Shown: positions 1 to 12,002, counted from the first letter of the whole stretch. The stretch is DNA of 53,806 bases, filler included, from Sphacelaria rigidula (GCA_964200075.2; 3 parts of 3 records of this genome joined end to end with filler, not necessarily neighbours in it); one strand, 5' to 3'. Program-made: numbers and translations. Notes: generated by a model from the sequence alone, not told the origin.

Positions 1-224
1 AAGGCAAGAAAGAAACCCGTATGCCCCCCCCCCCCCCGCCTCCCTTTCAATGTTGGCGTTGCTGGGCAACGACGCTATAAAATACGCCGCTCACTGCGTA
101 AGCTGGGCAAGTTGGTTGCCGTTTCTTTTCGCCTGCGTTTCATTCACGGTAGCCATGATTGTGGTCGAGTTAGATCATATTGTGCGGGGTGGAGAACCTC
201 AACCCAGCGCAGAGGGTGCTCATA

Positions 225-780
225 CTACGACTCTGTTCCGAAATACAAGGGAGATGTGGTGCTTCAGCCCCTAGATCGGGTGTGCGACGTAAAAACACCC
301 TCAAAGCGATGCAACAGTGATGGAGGGATGATCGACACACAGGTTAAACACAGGTTCAGTTTCCACACGGCCGAAGCTTGCTTGCTCGAGCAACCGAACT
401 GCTGTGTGCGACTTGCTCGATGTCGCCATGGGCCAACTCGGCGCTGTTGCTGACATCGAGGAGCTCGTGCATGAAAAAAGCGCGTCTCTCATTTTCGTTC
501 AGATTATTTCTGCTTACCCTCCCGGCAGCACCTCCAGCAACGGACATCGTGAACAGACTTAGGAAGACAGTTTGCCGGAGATTTTGTATTTCGAGCTCTG
601 AGTGCCTCTGCTTCGGATGCTGCCGTGGGCACATGTTAGGTGTCATGTTGAGGAAAAAACTGTTCTGACAGTCTCGCTGAATGACCCCGAAAACGATGCA
701 AAAAAACGTAGAAAAAAACAATGTGGGATTTATTGAGCAGCACGTCCAAATCTCCCTTATATTTCGGAACATAGTGGTGG
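225..780 (-). mobile_element. Non-autonomous Tc1/mariner (Stowaway-like) element
   Basis: 35-bp TIRs CTACGACTCTGTTCCGAAATACAAGGGAGATGTGG (225-259) and the reverse complement at 746-780 (30/35 identical); TA on both sides (223-224, 781-782); TIR resembles the Stowaway CTCCCTCCGTTCC...ATAAG pattern. Confidence 0.8.
355..547 (-). pseudogene. Mariner-like transposase N-terminal HTH fragment, frameshifted
   Basis: MSVAGG..RNNLNENERRAFFMHELLDVSNSAELAHGDIEQVA, then after a frameshift QQFGCSSKQASAVWK; resembles the N-terminus of plant/oomycete mariner-like transposases; lies inside the TIR element. Confidence 0.6.
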
Positions 781-1359
781 TATTTAAATAGTGGGATACC
801 CATGAGGCAGTGTAAACCGTCGCTGTTTTTGAAGCAGCGACACCGGAAAAAGACCCAACTCATGCGACGCTGTCATTCATATGAAGGATAAACACCACGC
901 TTCGGGCCAAACAATCAGAGCAGGATGCAGATTACCCCTTATGCGACTCGTTCAACACGCCACGGCGCTTCGCGCTTGGCGACGGCGAGCCTGGTCCGGT
1001 GAAAACCCGGCGTACTCCGTCTCGGCTTTGTAGGGATGCGAGGTCAATGGTCTCAGGACTACGAGCTGGGCCAGCTTAAAAGCGGCTAAAACTTGCTCAC
1101 ACCACAGCTTTCCCAGTTTCCCAAATGAACCCGATGTAAGCATATCACTGTGAAATACAGACCTACCTGGTAACACACGGCACCGCCGCCGAATGAAACA
1201 AAAAATGTACTGCATAATATACGACCTTAACGACGGACGAACAAAAAAATCTGCCGGGATTCGAACTCATGACCTCCACAATTGGAGTCTCCCATCACTT
1301 GAAGTATATAGGTTCAGCAGCGTCACGCAAAACGTTACCCTCACGGCCCAATTCGATGA

Positions 1360-1575
1360 TTCTTGAGCTGAAATTTCACGAAAACCTTCTGCACCCAAGG
1401 AAATAATACATCCCGTGAGCAGCTGCAGATTCTCATTTTTTTCCTGGACTTATGCCATTATCTTGTTTGTGCTGAAATTTCAAACCTCCATAACTTCCTT
1501 CTTTTTTTTTTCTTTGCTGCTCACGGGATGTTCTTCATGTCGATCATAAGAAGCTGCTGTCAAAATTTCAGCGTC
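1360..1575. mobile_element. Foldback/MITE-like remnant
   Basis: Perfect 16-bp inverted repeat ACATCCCGTGAGCAGC (1408-1423 / 1516-1531) plus outer GCTGAAATTT / AAATTTCAGC pair; true ends unresolved. Confidence 0.45.
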
Positions 1576-3174
1576 CAACTCCTAATATCACGCCGTGCGT
1601 CGCCTGAGCGCGAAAATCACCCATTGCTGGCTGGCCCAGCTCGTACGGCATGCTGGATCACGAGGACACCCCTCCTTAGCGGGAGGCTATTTTCACTTTT
1701 GGGAACGATAGCTGCTTTTCTTCAGAATCGCACCAGTCGGTATCTCGACTGATGCATATGCTTATTGCGTCTTTTTGCATAGTACCCTGCGACATTTGCT
1801 TCCGCTGCGTGACACTAGCTACCCTGAGTGGTAGTATCCTGCAGTACTGCTGTCCATGGATCACAACACACAAGGGTGCACGGAAGGGTACCGCAAAATA
1901 TACGGCCCAAGCCTCCGGGTAGTTCACTGCTATCTATGAATATAGTGATTGGTACTACACAGCACTGCATGAAAAATCTTCATGAGAATCTTGGTCAATT
2001 GATATGACTACATGAAAAGGCCTACAACCACGCCCTCGGTTTTTATTGTACAGCGAGTGTCCCAGTATAGTGGGCTGGGTCGCCAACCCGGTATGAACGC
2101 ACCATGCTGGGACCACGCACTACACTGATATATTACAATTACTTTATAATAGTATCGTACATCTGATTTGTGACAAGTGATCTTGACCGCACTGCGCTGG
2201 GATCCCCGCTGTACTGTGAATGCTCAGTTCCCTCTGGAGCACAAATTAAATGATTGAGAATTGCCCGAAATAAGCGCCGATATAACCTTTCCGCCCCCCA
2301 AAGCCATCGAGTTGAAACTCCAGGGGCGTATTTGTCTCGACATTTGAAATACCGCTACGCCTAATGCACGAATTAGCCGCCCTATGCGAGACTTGGAAAC
2401 AAGAGCAACGCACAGGAATCATGCAAGGGCGTCTCGGGTAGGGTATGCCCGATATTTTGGTAGTTTCAAAAGTGAAGATCCGACCGATGCCCACAGCAGC
2501 AGCCAGCCCGGTGCTGTTGTTCCCCTCTCCAGAGCCCATACAAATCATTGTGACTGACTTAGGCAGGTGATGTGCGATTTATTAAAATACCAAACATCGG
2601 GTATACTCTACCCGGCACGCCCTTGAAATCATGCACGGCCACGGGACACACAAAATTGACAACAAAAAAATTCAACGGTCTAACGAACTCTCAGCCCGAG
2701 AGCTTTGTAACGCAAACGCCGGGATGCAACACCCTACCCGATTTGCTCACTGGCACCCGCGCAGCGGGTACTGCCCGTAGAAACCAACGCCCACTCTTCG
2801 GTTTATCCAACATCTTCTGCCTTCCTCGCGTGGGGAGCACCCAGTGGTACAGTAGCCTTGTGATATGAGGTCGTGATCCAAAGTCACACGGTAGTCGTAG
2901 CCACTTCTAGACAGCACAGTACAGCAGCTTTACGTGTCACCACCTCTGCGAAACGCCAAGCCCAAGCTGCGTTTGGTTTTGGGTGTTGTTACACTCCATA
3001 GCTGTTGGCTACGCTGCTAGCACGTTCCTTGTTGTGTCTGGGGGAGCCGCAGTGCCGTGTACCTAATCTGCTTGTGGCCAAAATGCGCACATTTTGACTG
3101 TTTCTTATGGCAGATTTCGATATCTCCTTTGGCCAAATCTCTTGTTTTGAAAATAATATCTCAAATTGTTCCTG

Positions 3175-4398
3175 CAAGGCGTGTTTTGAGCATATATTTT
3201 TTCGATCGGAAAAAAAGTGCGATGGAGTTGATTTGAGTGATTACGTTTATTTTTCGTGGGTCGGGTCCAAGCTAATTTGCAAGCTTTCGATCGAAAAAAG
3301 ACAGTTAACGTCGTGAAGCGGTACTTGTTTGCTTGTCTACAGTACAGTTACTGTACTTTCTTAGCTTCGCGCACACAGTACAGTGTGTCTGAGCGTGTGC
3401 GTGTTTCGTACAGTAGGATGTGAAAGAGAAGCGGGCAATGTGCAGTACAGACAGCGAAGGGCTCTTGTACTCGTACTCTCTGCTTACACTGCGATGTGAG
3501 AAGGACCTGAACAACGTGCAGCCTTGTACTGCCTGCGCTGTCCATGAGCGTGTACGCAAGTCGGTCGCCCACTCTGCACGCAGTTTGGTCGCCGATCCCC
3601 ACCATAAAATAAGATGCTTAAGTTTTTGCCAACAAAAAATAAACAAAGCACACCCAACTACTGCAGTATATTTATCCCTGTGCTCAACCTGTGCTCTATG
3701 CTGCAGGGTTGCGGTGGTAGCTGAGAACGGGTTGTGTGGGGTTTGCATGGATTTGTGAGCAGGTGGTATCTGGCGTGGTGGTCTGCAAGATGAAAGTCAA
3801 GTGCCCCTTAATACCTTGCCTTCGCGTGTTTTCGATCGAAGAAGCTTAAATTCATGTTTGTACTCTCCACCCGCGCGCCACTAATTACAGAAAAATAGTC
3901 CAAGCCAGCTAGGAACAGAAATACCGTGGGCCTATCAGATATATCACATTTTCTTCTCCACCGCGCTGTGTCGATCGAAAAAAATGAGCGCACGGCGTGT
4001 CTTAGCGAATTATTTTTCGATCGAAATGTGCGGTGGTGAAGGAAAATCTCGATCTGAGGCCGTTTCTTACGGCTTTGTATTTTTTCGGGCTCGTATTTTC
4101 CATCTCTGGAACATTTGACACGGTTTTTGGTCGCAAAACAGATAATGTCGCCATCACACGTCTTGGGACACTTTCCATCGCCCCACCGGGAGGGGTCTAG
4201 CCCGCTTTTCCGATTTGCACGGCTCCGAGGTTTCGACAACGGCCTCCGGACAAAAAGACGGCTAGAGAATAAAATGCGGTATTTGCAGGTATTTTCATGT
4301 GTTGAAATCACGACTTATCAGATGGGAATTTTCGTTCCCTACCGCACTTTTTCGATCGAAAAATATTTCGCTACGACACGGCCTACGACACGTCCTTG
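3175..4398. mobile_element. TIR element rich in TTTTCGATCGAAAA palindromes, with an internal exon relic
   Basis: Inverted ends CAAGGCGTG..ATATTTTTTCGATCGGAAAAAAAGTGCG and CGCACTTTTTTCGATCGAAAAATATT..CACGTCCTTG; the part 3200-3570 recurs at ~35345-35710. Confidence 0.55.
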
Positions 4399-4402
4399 AG
4401 AA

Positions 4403-4713
4403 GGCCTCGTCTCATCGGGACAAAAAATGAGAAATATCACTGTGACGATGAGAACGACAGTGACGAACAGCCCACGCGTGGCAACCATCTCACCTTCCCT
4501 TCCGCATTCTCATCGGAGCGTTCCTCCGATCTCACAAAAAATGTTGAAAAATGTCAATTTTGAGAATGAAAATGAGAATGAAAATAAAAATGGAAATAAA
4601 AATGCGACATGGAAAATAAAACGGTTTCCATAATTGGGCCGTTCGTCGTTCGCCATAACCGTTCTCGTTGTCACAAAATCCAGACTCATTTCTTGTCTCG
4701 ATTAGACCGGGCG
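4403..4713. mobile_element. MITE (~310 bp), possibly PIF/Harbinger-type
   Basis: Imperfect ~28-bp TIRs GGCCTCGTCTCATCGGGACAAAAAATGAG / CTCATTTCTTGTCTCGATTAGACCGGGC; internal GAAAAT-type hexamer runs. Confidence 0.55.
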
Positions 4714-4812
4714 CAACGGGCGTCTTCCTTATGCGCGTGGACGTCACGACGCGCGGCATATCCGTGGTGAAGACTTTTTCTCAACAGGCGTAGTCTTTCC
4801 ATCGAAATTACC

Positions 4813-5115
4813 TCAAGTAATCCGAAACACCCCCTCAAACCCCGTTCGTTCTGCGTCCAATTCGCGCTCGGTGCGGTAAAAAGGTTGAAAGCAGGTAGGC
4901 TTTGGTTCTGTCACATGAGCAAAGGGGATGGGGGCGATGAGGTGAGGAGGAATGACGGGACGAGGGTGACGGTTCTTCACCTCTTGCTCGATCGCTTGGG
5001 AGAGGTGTTCATCCTCCAGCTCATTGGATGCGTCTCCGTACTTGTCGCGTAACGCCGTTGCAAAAGTAGCCACTTGCTGCTGTGGTGTTGCTGTCGTATC
5101 GCTCCCCTCCGCCAT
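4813..5115 (-). pseudogene. Unidentified coding fragment (MAEGSDTT...FEGVFRIT), probably TE-derived
   Basis: 100-codon protein-like ORF; reading past the stop gives GKTTPVEK, also seen as KITPVEK at ~8480-8510. No family recognised. Confidence 0.3.
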
Positions 5116-5265
5116 GACATGAGCAAGTACTACAGTATTCGAGGGATTAAGAACATGATGCAACACGAGCAAAAACAAGAAAGACATGAGAAACGAAGAA
5201 GACTTCTCACCACAACAAGTAAGTTCAAGATTGTGGTGTGCAGTGTTGAATGAAGGGGTAGGGTG

Positions 5266-5860
5266 CAAGGTTGTGTTCTGTAGGGTACGGGTTTCTGTAT
5301 ACTCGGGGTATTTTCCAGGTATTTACTGTGCCCGACAGTTGCGTGACTTCTGTAAGACTTTCATACTGGTACCCCGACAGTTCTGTCAACCCTCTTGGAC
5401 TTTCATACCCTTACCCGATAGTTCTGTGAGTCCCGTAAGCCTTCCGTACCGCTACCGGGGGGCGCGGTTATACTCTTGATAAGATACTCGGTTGCGGGTA
5501 CGGTTTTCTGTGCAACCTCCATACCCTACCCGGCAGTTTCTGGATTCTGTAAGCCTCCCATACCCTTACCCGACGGTTCTGTGACTCGTTTGCAGAATGT
5601 TGACCCGTACCCGGAGCGCGGATATGCCCTTGAAGAAATACCCGATTGCCGGTGCTGTTTTCAGTATAAGCTTCCCATACCCTACCCGACAAGTTCTGTA
5701 ATCTCTGCAAGATCTTTAAACCAGTACCCGACTGTTTTGTATTTTCTACAAGACTTTCATACCGGTACCTGATATTTCTGTAAGCTATGTAGGCCTCCCA
5801 TACCCCTACCCGGGGTTAGGGTATACCGCTGTAGATTTACCCGATTGCAGGTACGAGGAC
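5266..5860 (+). mobile_element. CAAGG-ended hAT-like MITE, copy 1 (right end degenerate)
   Basis: Starts CAAGGTTGTGTTCTGTAGGGTACGG; TACCC/TTCTGTAAG motif array co-linear with the copies at 6511, 18123 and 23036. Confidence 0.7.
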
Positions 5861-6034
5861 AGGTATATTCCTTGGGGAGATATGGATATAGGTTCAGTCC
5901 AAACACAACCTCATGACCTGAACATGTACCCCCCATCAATCAACACACCCTACTCCCTTCATTCAACACTGCACACCAGCAAAAATCCAACGTTAAAAAG
6001 CTCTTTGGTTTGGAGTCTGACGGAGTACGAGGCA

Positions 6035-6510
6035 CTGCTGGGTGGAAACACGAAACATGAGCAGCATTGCAGGCCGTCAGGGTGGATCACCCCCAGACTC
6101 GAGTTATGACTCGAGCGGGGGCGGTTTATCTGCGAGATCAGGGGGATCAAGGAGCAAGACGCAGGCCATCGACGTTGTCGGTGGCGGTGTCGTAATCATC
6201 AAACCCCAGGCTGTTATCAACGTGCACGGCAAAGAGTATAAGCTGCCACCAGAAGTCGTCAAGGTCGTCGACGATTTTGTGGTACCTTAGGGCTTCCAGA
6301 GAGCGGGTAGCCGTGAAAACTTCTTTATGTACTCTCTGCGAGTGTCCGTGAAGTCGATAGACGTTGAGGATCCCGTGCACATGTACTACTGCGAGTGTTT
6401 GTGTAGTATTTCTCTGTCGGCCGCATGAAGCTGTTGAGAGTGCTCGTCAGCATCATCTTTAGCTTGCCACTGTAGTCACGTAGGTCCCATCACAGGGGTG
6501 ATGATGATAC
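6035..6510 (+). pseudogene. Repeated coding relic, possibly the N-terminal (pre-BED finger) exon of a hAT-like transposase
   Basis: IIKPQAVINVHGKEYKLPPEVVKVVDDFVVP*GFQRAGSRENFFMYSLRVSVKSIDVEDPVHMYYC; near-identical homolog at 22560-23035; family assignment is inference. Confidence 0.45.
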
Positions 6511-7959
6511 CAAGGTAGTGTTCTGTAGGGCACGGCTTCCTGTATACCCTGGGTATTTTCCCGGGTATTTACCGTATACCCGACGAGGTCTGTGAAATCT
6601 GTGAGACTTTCATACAAGTACCCGATAGTTCTGTAAGCTCTGTAAGACTTCCATATCCTTACCCGATAGTTCTGTGTGTTCTGTAAGCATCCCGTACCGT
6701 TACCGGGGGCACGGGTATACTCTTGATGAGATACCTGGTTGCGGGTACGGTTTCCTGTGCAACCTCCGCATTCTACCCGACAGTTTTTGTAAGTTCTGTA
6801 AGCCTCCCATACCCTCACCCGACAGTTCTGTGAATTCTGTACAGAATGCTTTCAATGGTCAGCGCCAGAAGTCTGCCGAATTCGTAATTTCCCAGTTACT
6901 TGGAGATTTACCAAATTTCTTTCGCTTGCCACTGCTCACTCATCACAGTGAGGGTTGGATGCCAAAAAATGGGGATCTGGAGATATTATTATCCTTTTGA
7001 CAATAATCGAAAGAAAAAAATCTGCGATCAATACTGAGCGACTTACGACCTCGACCGATCTTCGGCGTTCCTGCAAAAGTATAACCCCACGTTCTAGCTT
7101 TTCGGTATTTTCTGTGGACCGACTCGATCCCGATCATTCATGTGAATATTTAACACACATTATTCTTCAAGAATTCTACCTATTCACTGGGTTGGAGCCG
7201 GAAAGTTATGTTTCTTGGACCATTCACGGTCAATTCCACCCTCCTGAGAAACGGGGTCTCTACTCCGTATCGCCCCCACAACACCAACTTGGGCATTGTG
7301 ATTAGAGCACGATCTGCTTATTTTACCAAAAATTTCGACGCTAGCACTTTCGGGTGCTCATGGAAAATAGTATGCGAAACCCCCCGGAAAAGAAGCCATC
7401 AACGGAATATGCTAGACTGAGGTCTGTGCAGTATAGGGAAAAAGAGGATCTCGATCGTTATTTTGAAGAATCGTACACAAATTCATTCATCTGAACATTT
7501 AGCGTTTCGTTGAGAAAGAGCCGGAAAACTGTCTTCATTGGACCAAAAACGGTTAAAAACACCCTCCTGATAAACGGGGAATCCAGTCCATATCGCCCCG
7601 AAAACACCAACTTGGGCACTGTGGTTTGAGCGCGGCCTACGCTTTCCCCCTAACTTTACCGACGCTAGCACTTTCAAGTACTGATGAAGAACAGCATCCG
7701 AGAAAAACTAAAAAATTATAACAACTACGAATTCCGCAGACTTCTGATGCTGACCACTATACCCGTACCCGGAGCGCGGGTATACCCTTGAATAAATACC
7801 CGATTGCTGGTACGGTCTCCGAAAGCTTCCCATACCGTACCTAACAAGTTCTGTAATTTCTAGAAGACTTGCTCTCAGGTATCCGATATTCCTTCAAGTT
7901 CTCTATGGACTATCATACCCTATCCAGGACATTCCCGTACCCTCCATAATACAACCTTG
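6511..7959 (+). mobile_element. CAAGG-ended hAT-like MITE, copy 2, interrupted by a nested element
   Basis: Left TIR CAAGGTAGTGTTCTGTAGGG (6511), right TIR CCGTACCCTCCATAATACAACCTTG (ends 7959); body resumes co-linearly after 7759. Confidence 0.75.
6853..7759. mobile_element. Nested Tc1-like non-autonomous element (~900 bp)
   Basis: TIRs CAATGGTCAGCGCCAGAAGTCTGCCGAATTCGTA / TACGAATTCCGCAGACTTCTGATGCTGACCACTA; insertion point corresponds to the TA in CAGAATGTTTACC of the uninterrupted host copy at 23361. Confidence 0.75.
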
Positions 7960-8009
7960 CAATTTTTAGCTTTCAGTTCAACGATGACGAACGCATAGAG
8001 AGTAGAATA

Positions 8010-10720
8010 CTAGTACAGTAGTGGTACGCTGCTCTTTAATCCTGGCCGCGATCCTTTGGGACTTGATGGTTCCGAAGTTCGGCAGCACACAACGTTCATG
8101 AATGACCCATATGCAGTATGAATCAACCAGTCAGCGCTAGTAGCAGGGGTCGCTATGGACGGATCATGGGTAATTGTGGGCAATGGGTAGGTGTACCGCC
8201 ACGAATCATCCACAGTAGCAACCTGCATGCGGGGTCGACACGACTTGATGGGTTTACAGGAGTAACTGTCAACTTCGTGAAGTACATGGACCATCCACGG
8301 TGGCGCACTCTACTTTACTGTATTATTCCATTTCTTGATGCAATGAAGCCTAATATCGGCTTCGTCACCAAATTTCTCTTCTCGTCCTGTGTGATATGAA
8401 TTACTGTGCCCACTCACCCTACGGTGCGTCCGCCGCAACGCCTCGTGTACAAGCGATCTGAGGTCAATCTATGGGTCAGAGAAGTCTTCTCAACAGGTGT
8501 AATTTTCTTCACAGTACATACTTGGCATAGAAGATAGACTGTAGACTGTACTATAAGGCACCTAACGCAACGGTGCATATCAATTTCAATTTGTGTCCAC
8601 GGTTGTTATCGATGTGCTACTATATTTCCGAGAATCCAAAAAAATTATGGGCGGTATCAGAAAACCCGACGCATTAGATGCCAAGAGGTGTGGAGTGCTT
8701 CTACGGTAGGGGTGCACGGTGGAGAAAAATAAATAAATATAATAGAAGTCGACTGGTCACATGCTCACACGGTGTTTGGTGTATGACTTCTACTGGGCGA
8801 AATAGAGGACAGATACTGTTGTAACGGATCGCGCGAAATCCAAGCTACACCCTACCCGCCGCTGACGACCTTCCCAGCGTTTATAGACTATGGGGCTATA
8901 GGACAATTCGATTTAATGCACCTCCTGTAGGAAGAACGCTTCCTACATTGCATCACCGCACGACCAGTACGCGTGGTTGAACGAGAGCAACGCCAGCGGC
9001 AGAAGACCAAGGTGATGACGTCCTGCTGCGTGCACTGTTGTGGCACACGCCTGGTCCGCGTGCCACTGCCACGTACATGTTGCTGGGGGGATTGAGTGAG
9101 GTTTGAGTACATCGGGGTATTCAACTTGGTGAAGGCAGGCTGGCACGGCTATTTGGTGTTATTCAGCACGGACGAAGACTTGGGCGATAAGGGCGATAAG
9201 AGCGAGACGGTCGGCTTGCTTGGCGTTGGCACTACCTACGCTGAGGGCAGATTTCGAAGGTCTGGAGGTAGCGGAGTGAGAGTCAGAACGAGGCAGTGTA
9301 GACTGTACGAGAAGGTCCAACGAAACACGTATGTATCAACCCTTGTTGATGGCGACAAACTCGCGCAACTCGTTACAGTTTCTCCAACGAGATGTATCTT
9401 GTTCTTTGAACTACGTTGGCAGGCGTTTTGTGCACTCGATCAGGATTCGCATCATTTTGCCGTTGTCATACCACTTTGTAAATTCACGCAGAAGAGGTAT
9501 GAACAGTATGTACTTCACTCAGTCCGTGTTGAACAGGAACGTGCGCGTTGACGTTTTACGGGCGGCCGCTTGGGTACCCGTTATCCGTATCATTTCATAA
9601 ACTTCCTATCCTGTGGAAATATTGAACAGCGCGCGTACAGCGTGAACAAACATGTACATGCACGTGTGGTCAGCCTGATTCATGTAGTGTAAATGTTACA
9701 AACCGGCAAATTTCCCGGGGCAAGTCCTTTTTTCAACGCGATTCACGCATGCTGTACCCTTCGACGGCGAGGGTAGGTCACTTGCGGAATCGGCATCAAT
9801 TTCACTTGAAAAAGTATGCGTGATCCATATGGACTACCCGCATCACGGTCTAAGGGTTGAGCTGGTGACGTTACGAAACACGGAAAATTTCCAACCGGCG
9901 TGTTGCTTTGACTTGTGCGTGTACGCTAGCACCTCGCAGATCATGCACCCTTCTCCCCTCCGGGAGGACAAGGACACAAAAAGCTTCCAACAAGTGGGTA
10001 TAATCGATGTCTCAACTGATGTGTTCCTTCCCTTCGTCGTACACGTACAACAACTTGTAGTGTTGTTGTTCACTCTCCGTTGTACCAGCCGGTCACCCCG
10101 GTGACTCGGTTGGCAACCTGTAAACCGTCTGACGGTTAGGACCTGGGTTTGAATCTGGGTAACGTCACACGATTTGGGCTGTTTCCTCACATCATTCGCA
10201 ACAGTGGGGATCGACTTTTTCGTGGGTACACGAAGTTCGACTTCACGGTCGACGAGGGAAAGGCACTGCTGAACCCTTCTCGCTATGAAAAGAAAGGCGA
10301 GCACCGCAGGAGGAAGGTAAGACAACAGGACGCAATGAAACCAGAAGAAACAGAAGCCTGGGTTGCCCTTTCTCCTATCTATGTGATCCCGGCTGATGCG
10401 CTCACATATACCGGAAGGTGTGTAGCCTGGCGTGATTATGCGTGGGATAACCACACACACTTCCACTACTACTTGATGACGCAGCCGCGATGCAGTGGTC
10501 TGTACCCAAAACTGAAACCATTAGGTCTGGCAACTGGGGCCGAAGCTCATGAGAGTAGGGCGGTGCGTGCACTGCGCCCAATTACGGAGGGTTTCAGTAA
10601 GTCGGATCCCCACTCTACCTTGAGCAAAGCTGTCCGAATTCTCAAGGCGCCTACCCTACAGGACTGCCGCGAGCTTGTCTGGCCAAGACTCCGGGTAGTC
10701 GGCACACGAACCCCGCTTGC
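8010..10720 (-). pseudogene. Degenerate multi-exon coding relic of unknown (probably TE) gene, interrupted by a SINE and a TIR fragment
   Basis: Stop-riddled protein-like segments (EVYEMIRITG..TRTFLFNTD*VKYILFIPLLREFTKWYDNGK after an acceptor-like TTTCCACAG; WQWHADQACATTVHAAGRHHLGLLPLALLSFNHAYW); 10530-10715 is homologous to 21785-21965. Confidence 0.3.
10088..10460 (+). mobile_element. tRNA-derived SINE (diverged full-length copy)
   Basis: Co-linear with 39812-40189: GCCGGTCACCCCGG start, degenerate A box (TGACTCGGTTGG) and B box (GGTTTGAATC), shared core, 3' CTGATGCGCTCACATATACCGGAAGGTGT, (CA)n tail. Confidence 0.75.
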
Positions 10721-11199
10721 GGAGTAAATGTTGGGTGACGTTTCCTACCTCCTTGAAGAAAACAGCAAATGGTCGGGCAAATGCGGGTCGATTTTGGAGC
10801 AAATTGGCTTGGGGATTTACTCTGAAGATGTTCTCATTTGCGTCTTTGAGAACGTGAGAAGGCGAGTAGGAAAGACAGGGGATTCTGAAAAATGCGAACG
10901 AACTTTCTTCATGACAGCGAATTCTTTCAGATGCTATTCGAAGTTGTGAAAAACGGTATATCTCCAGGGCACCTTCTATGGAACCACGGTTGTTATTGAA
11001 TGTTTCGATGGTGCTCGAATGTTACCCCTTAAAGGCATCTTCCAGGGAACTGGAGGCCCCCATATCCCCCCTCGGACCTGCAGGGCACTCGAAGGTGGTG
11101 TCTTCAAGGAGTACCATTCTCCACGAATCCGAACACCATCGAAAAATTCAAGACCGTGGTAACCATTGGAGGTGCCTAGATGGGGTGCCCTTTCCCACA

Positions 11200-11665
11200 A
11201 TTCCGAACATAGTCGAACAAATTCAGGGAGATGCACGCTACACATTCGACATATTTGAAAAAAAGTAACTTTGGGTCCTTTAACGCTACGTAAGATTTGA
11301 TTTTTCCTTCTCGACAAATGTAACGTAACGTGGTGTAACGCGTGGTCCTTGAAGCAGTGTCTCTTGGAATATTTTTGGAATTTTCCAGATGTAAAAATGG
11401 CTGTTTTTGTGAATCTGTAACGTGACACTTGACACATAAAAAAATCACAAAAACAAGCAGAGTTTTCGTCACATTTGGAAAGTAAAACGCTACGTTAGGG
11501 TTCATTCGATGGACCCCAAGTTACATCACGTTACCTTCCGTTTGCCCCATCCAAAAAATCAAACCTTACGTAGCGCTAAATGACCCGAAGTTACGTATTT
11601 TCGAGTGTGTCACGTTAAAGTGTCAAGTGTAACATGTAGACCCCTGGAATTTTTTTGTTCCGATG
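11200..11665. mobile_element. Foldback element remnant
   Basis: GTAACTTTGGGTCCTTTAACGCTACGTAAGATTTGATTTTT (~11266-11305) is inverted relative to AAAAATCAAACCTTACGTAGCGCTAAATGACCCGAAGTTAC (~11555-11595). Confidence 0.5.
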
Positions 11666-11700
11666 AAAATAGTTCGTGGTCATTTTTCAGAATCCCCTGT

Positions 11701-11987
11701 TGAAAATAGTTTATCTGACGAGAGTCGACGCGGAGCGGCAGTGTCGGCCCATTCCGCGATTCTGGGGGGGGAGGTGGCTTATCCCTTGGGACCGCGGAAT
11801 CGTCCAGAGAAAGGAGAGGGGTTGCTATCCTTCGGTAGAAGACAACCTTCTGTCAAGTACAAAGCTGCTACTGTGTACCTACGGTATCATCTGCTGGACC
11901 TGTGCTTTTAAGGGAGAGAGAGACGGGCACTGCAACTACAGTGTTATACACTACTACCGCAAAGTAGTGATTAGCTAACTGTTTTCA
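11701..11987 (-). repeat. 3' LTR (287 bp) of Ty3 element 1
   Basis: TG...CA ends with inverted termini TGAAAATAGTT / AACTGTTTTCA, abutting the polypurine tract. Confidence 0.75.
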
Positions 11988-12002
11988 GCTTCTCTCTTGC
12001 CC
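11988..12002 (-). promoter_or_regulatory. Polypurine tract (PPT)
   Basis: Minus strand GGGCAAGAGAGAAGC immediately precedes the TG of the LTR. Confidence 0.65.

Noticed and set aside
10149..10727. 192-aa and 207-aa overlapping ORFs as genes
   Set aside because: They run through a SINE and across its boundary; no domain recognised.
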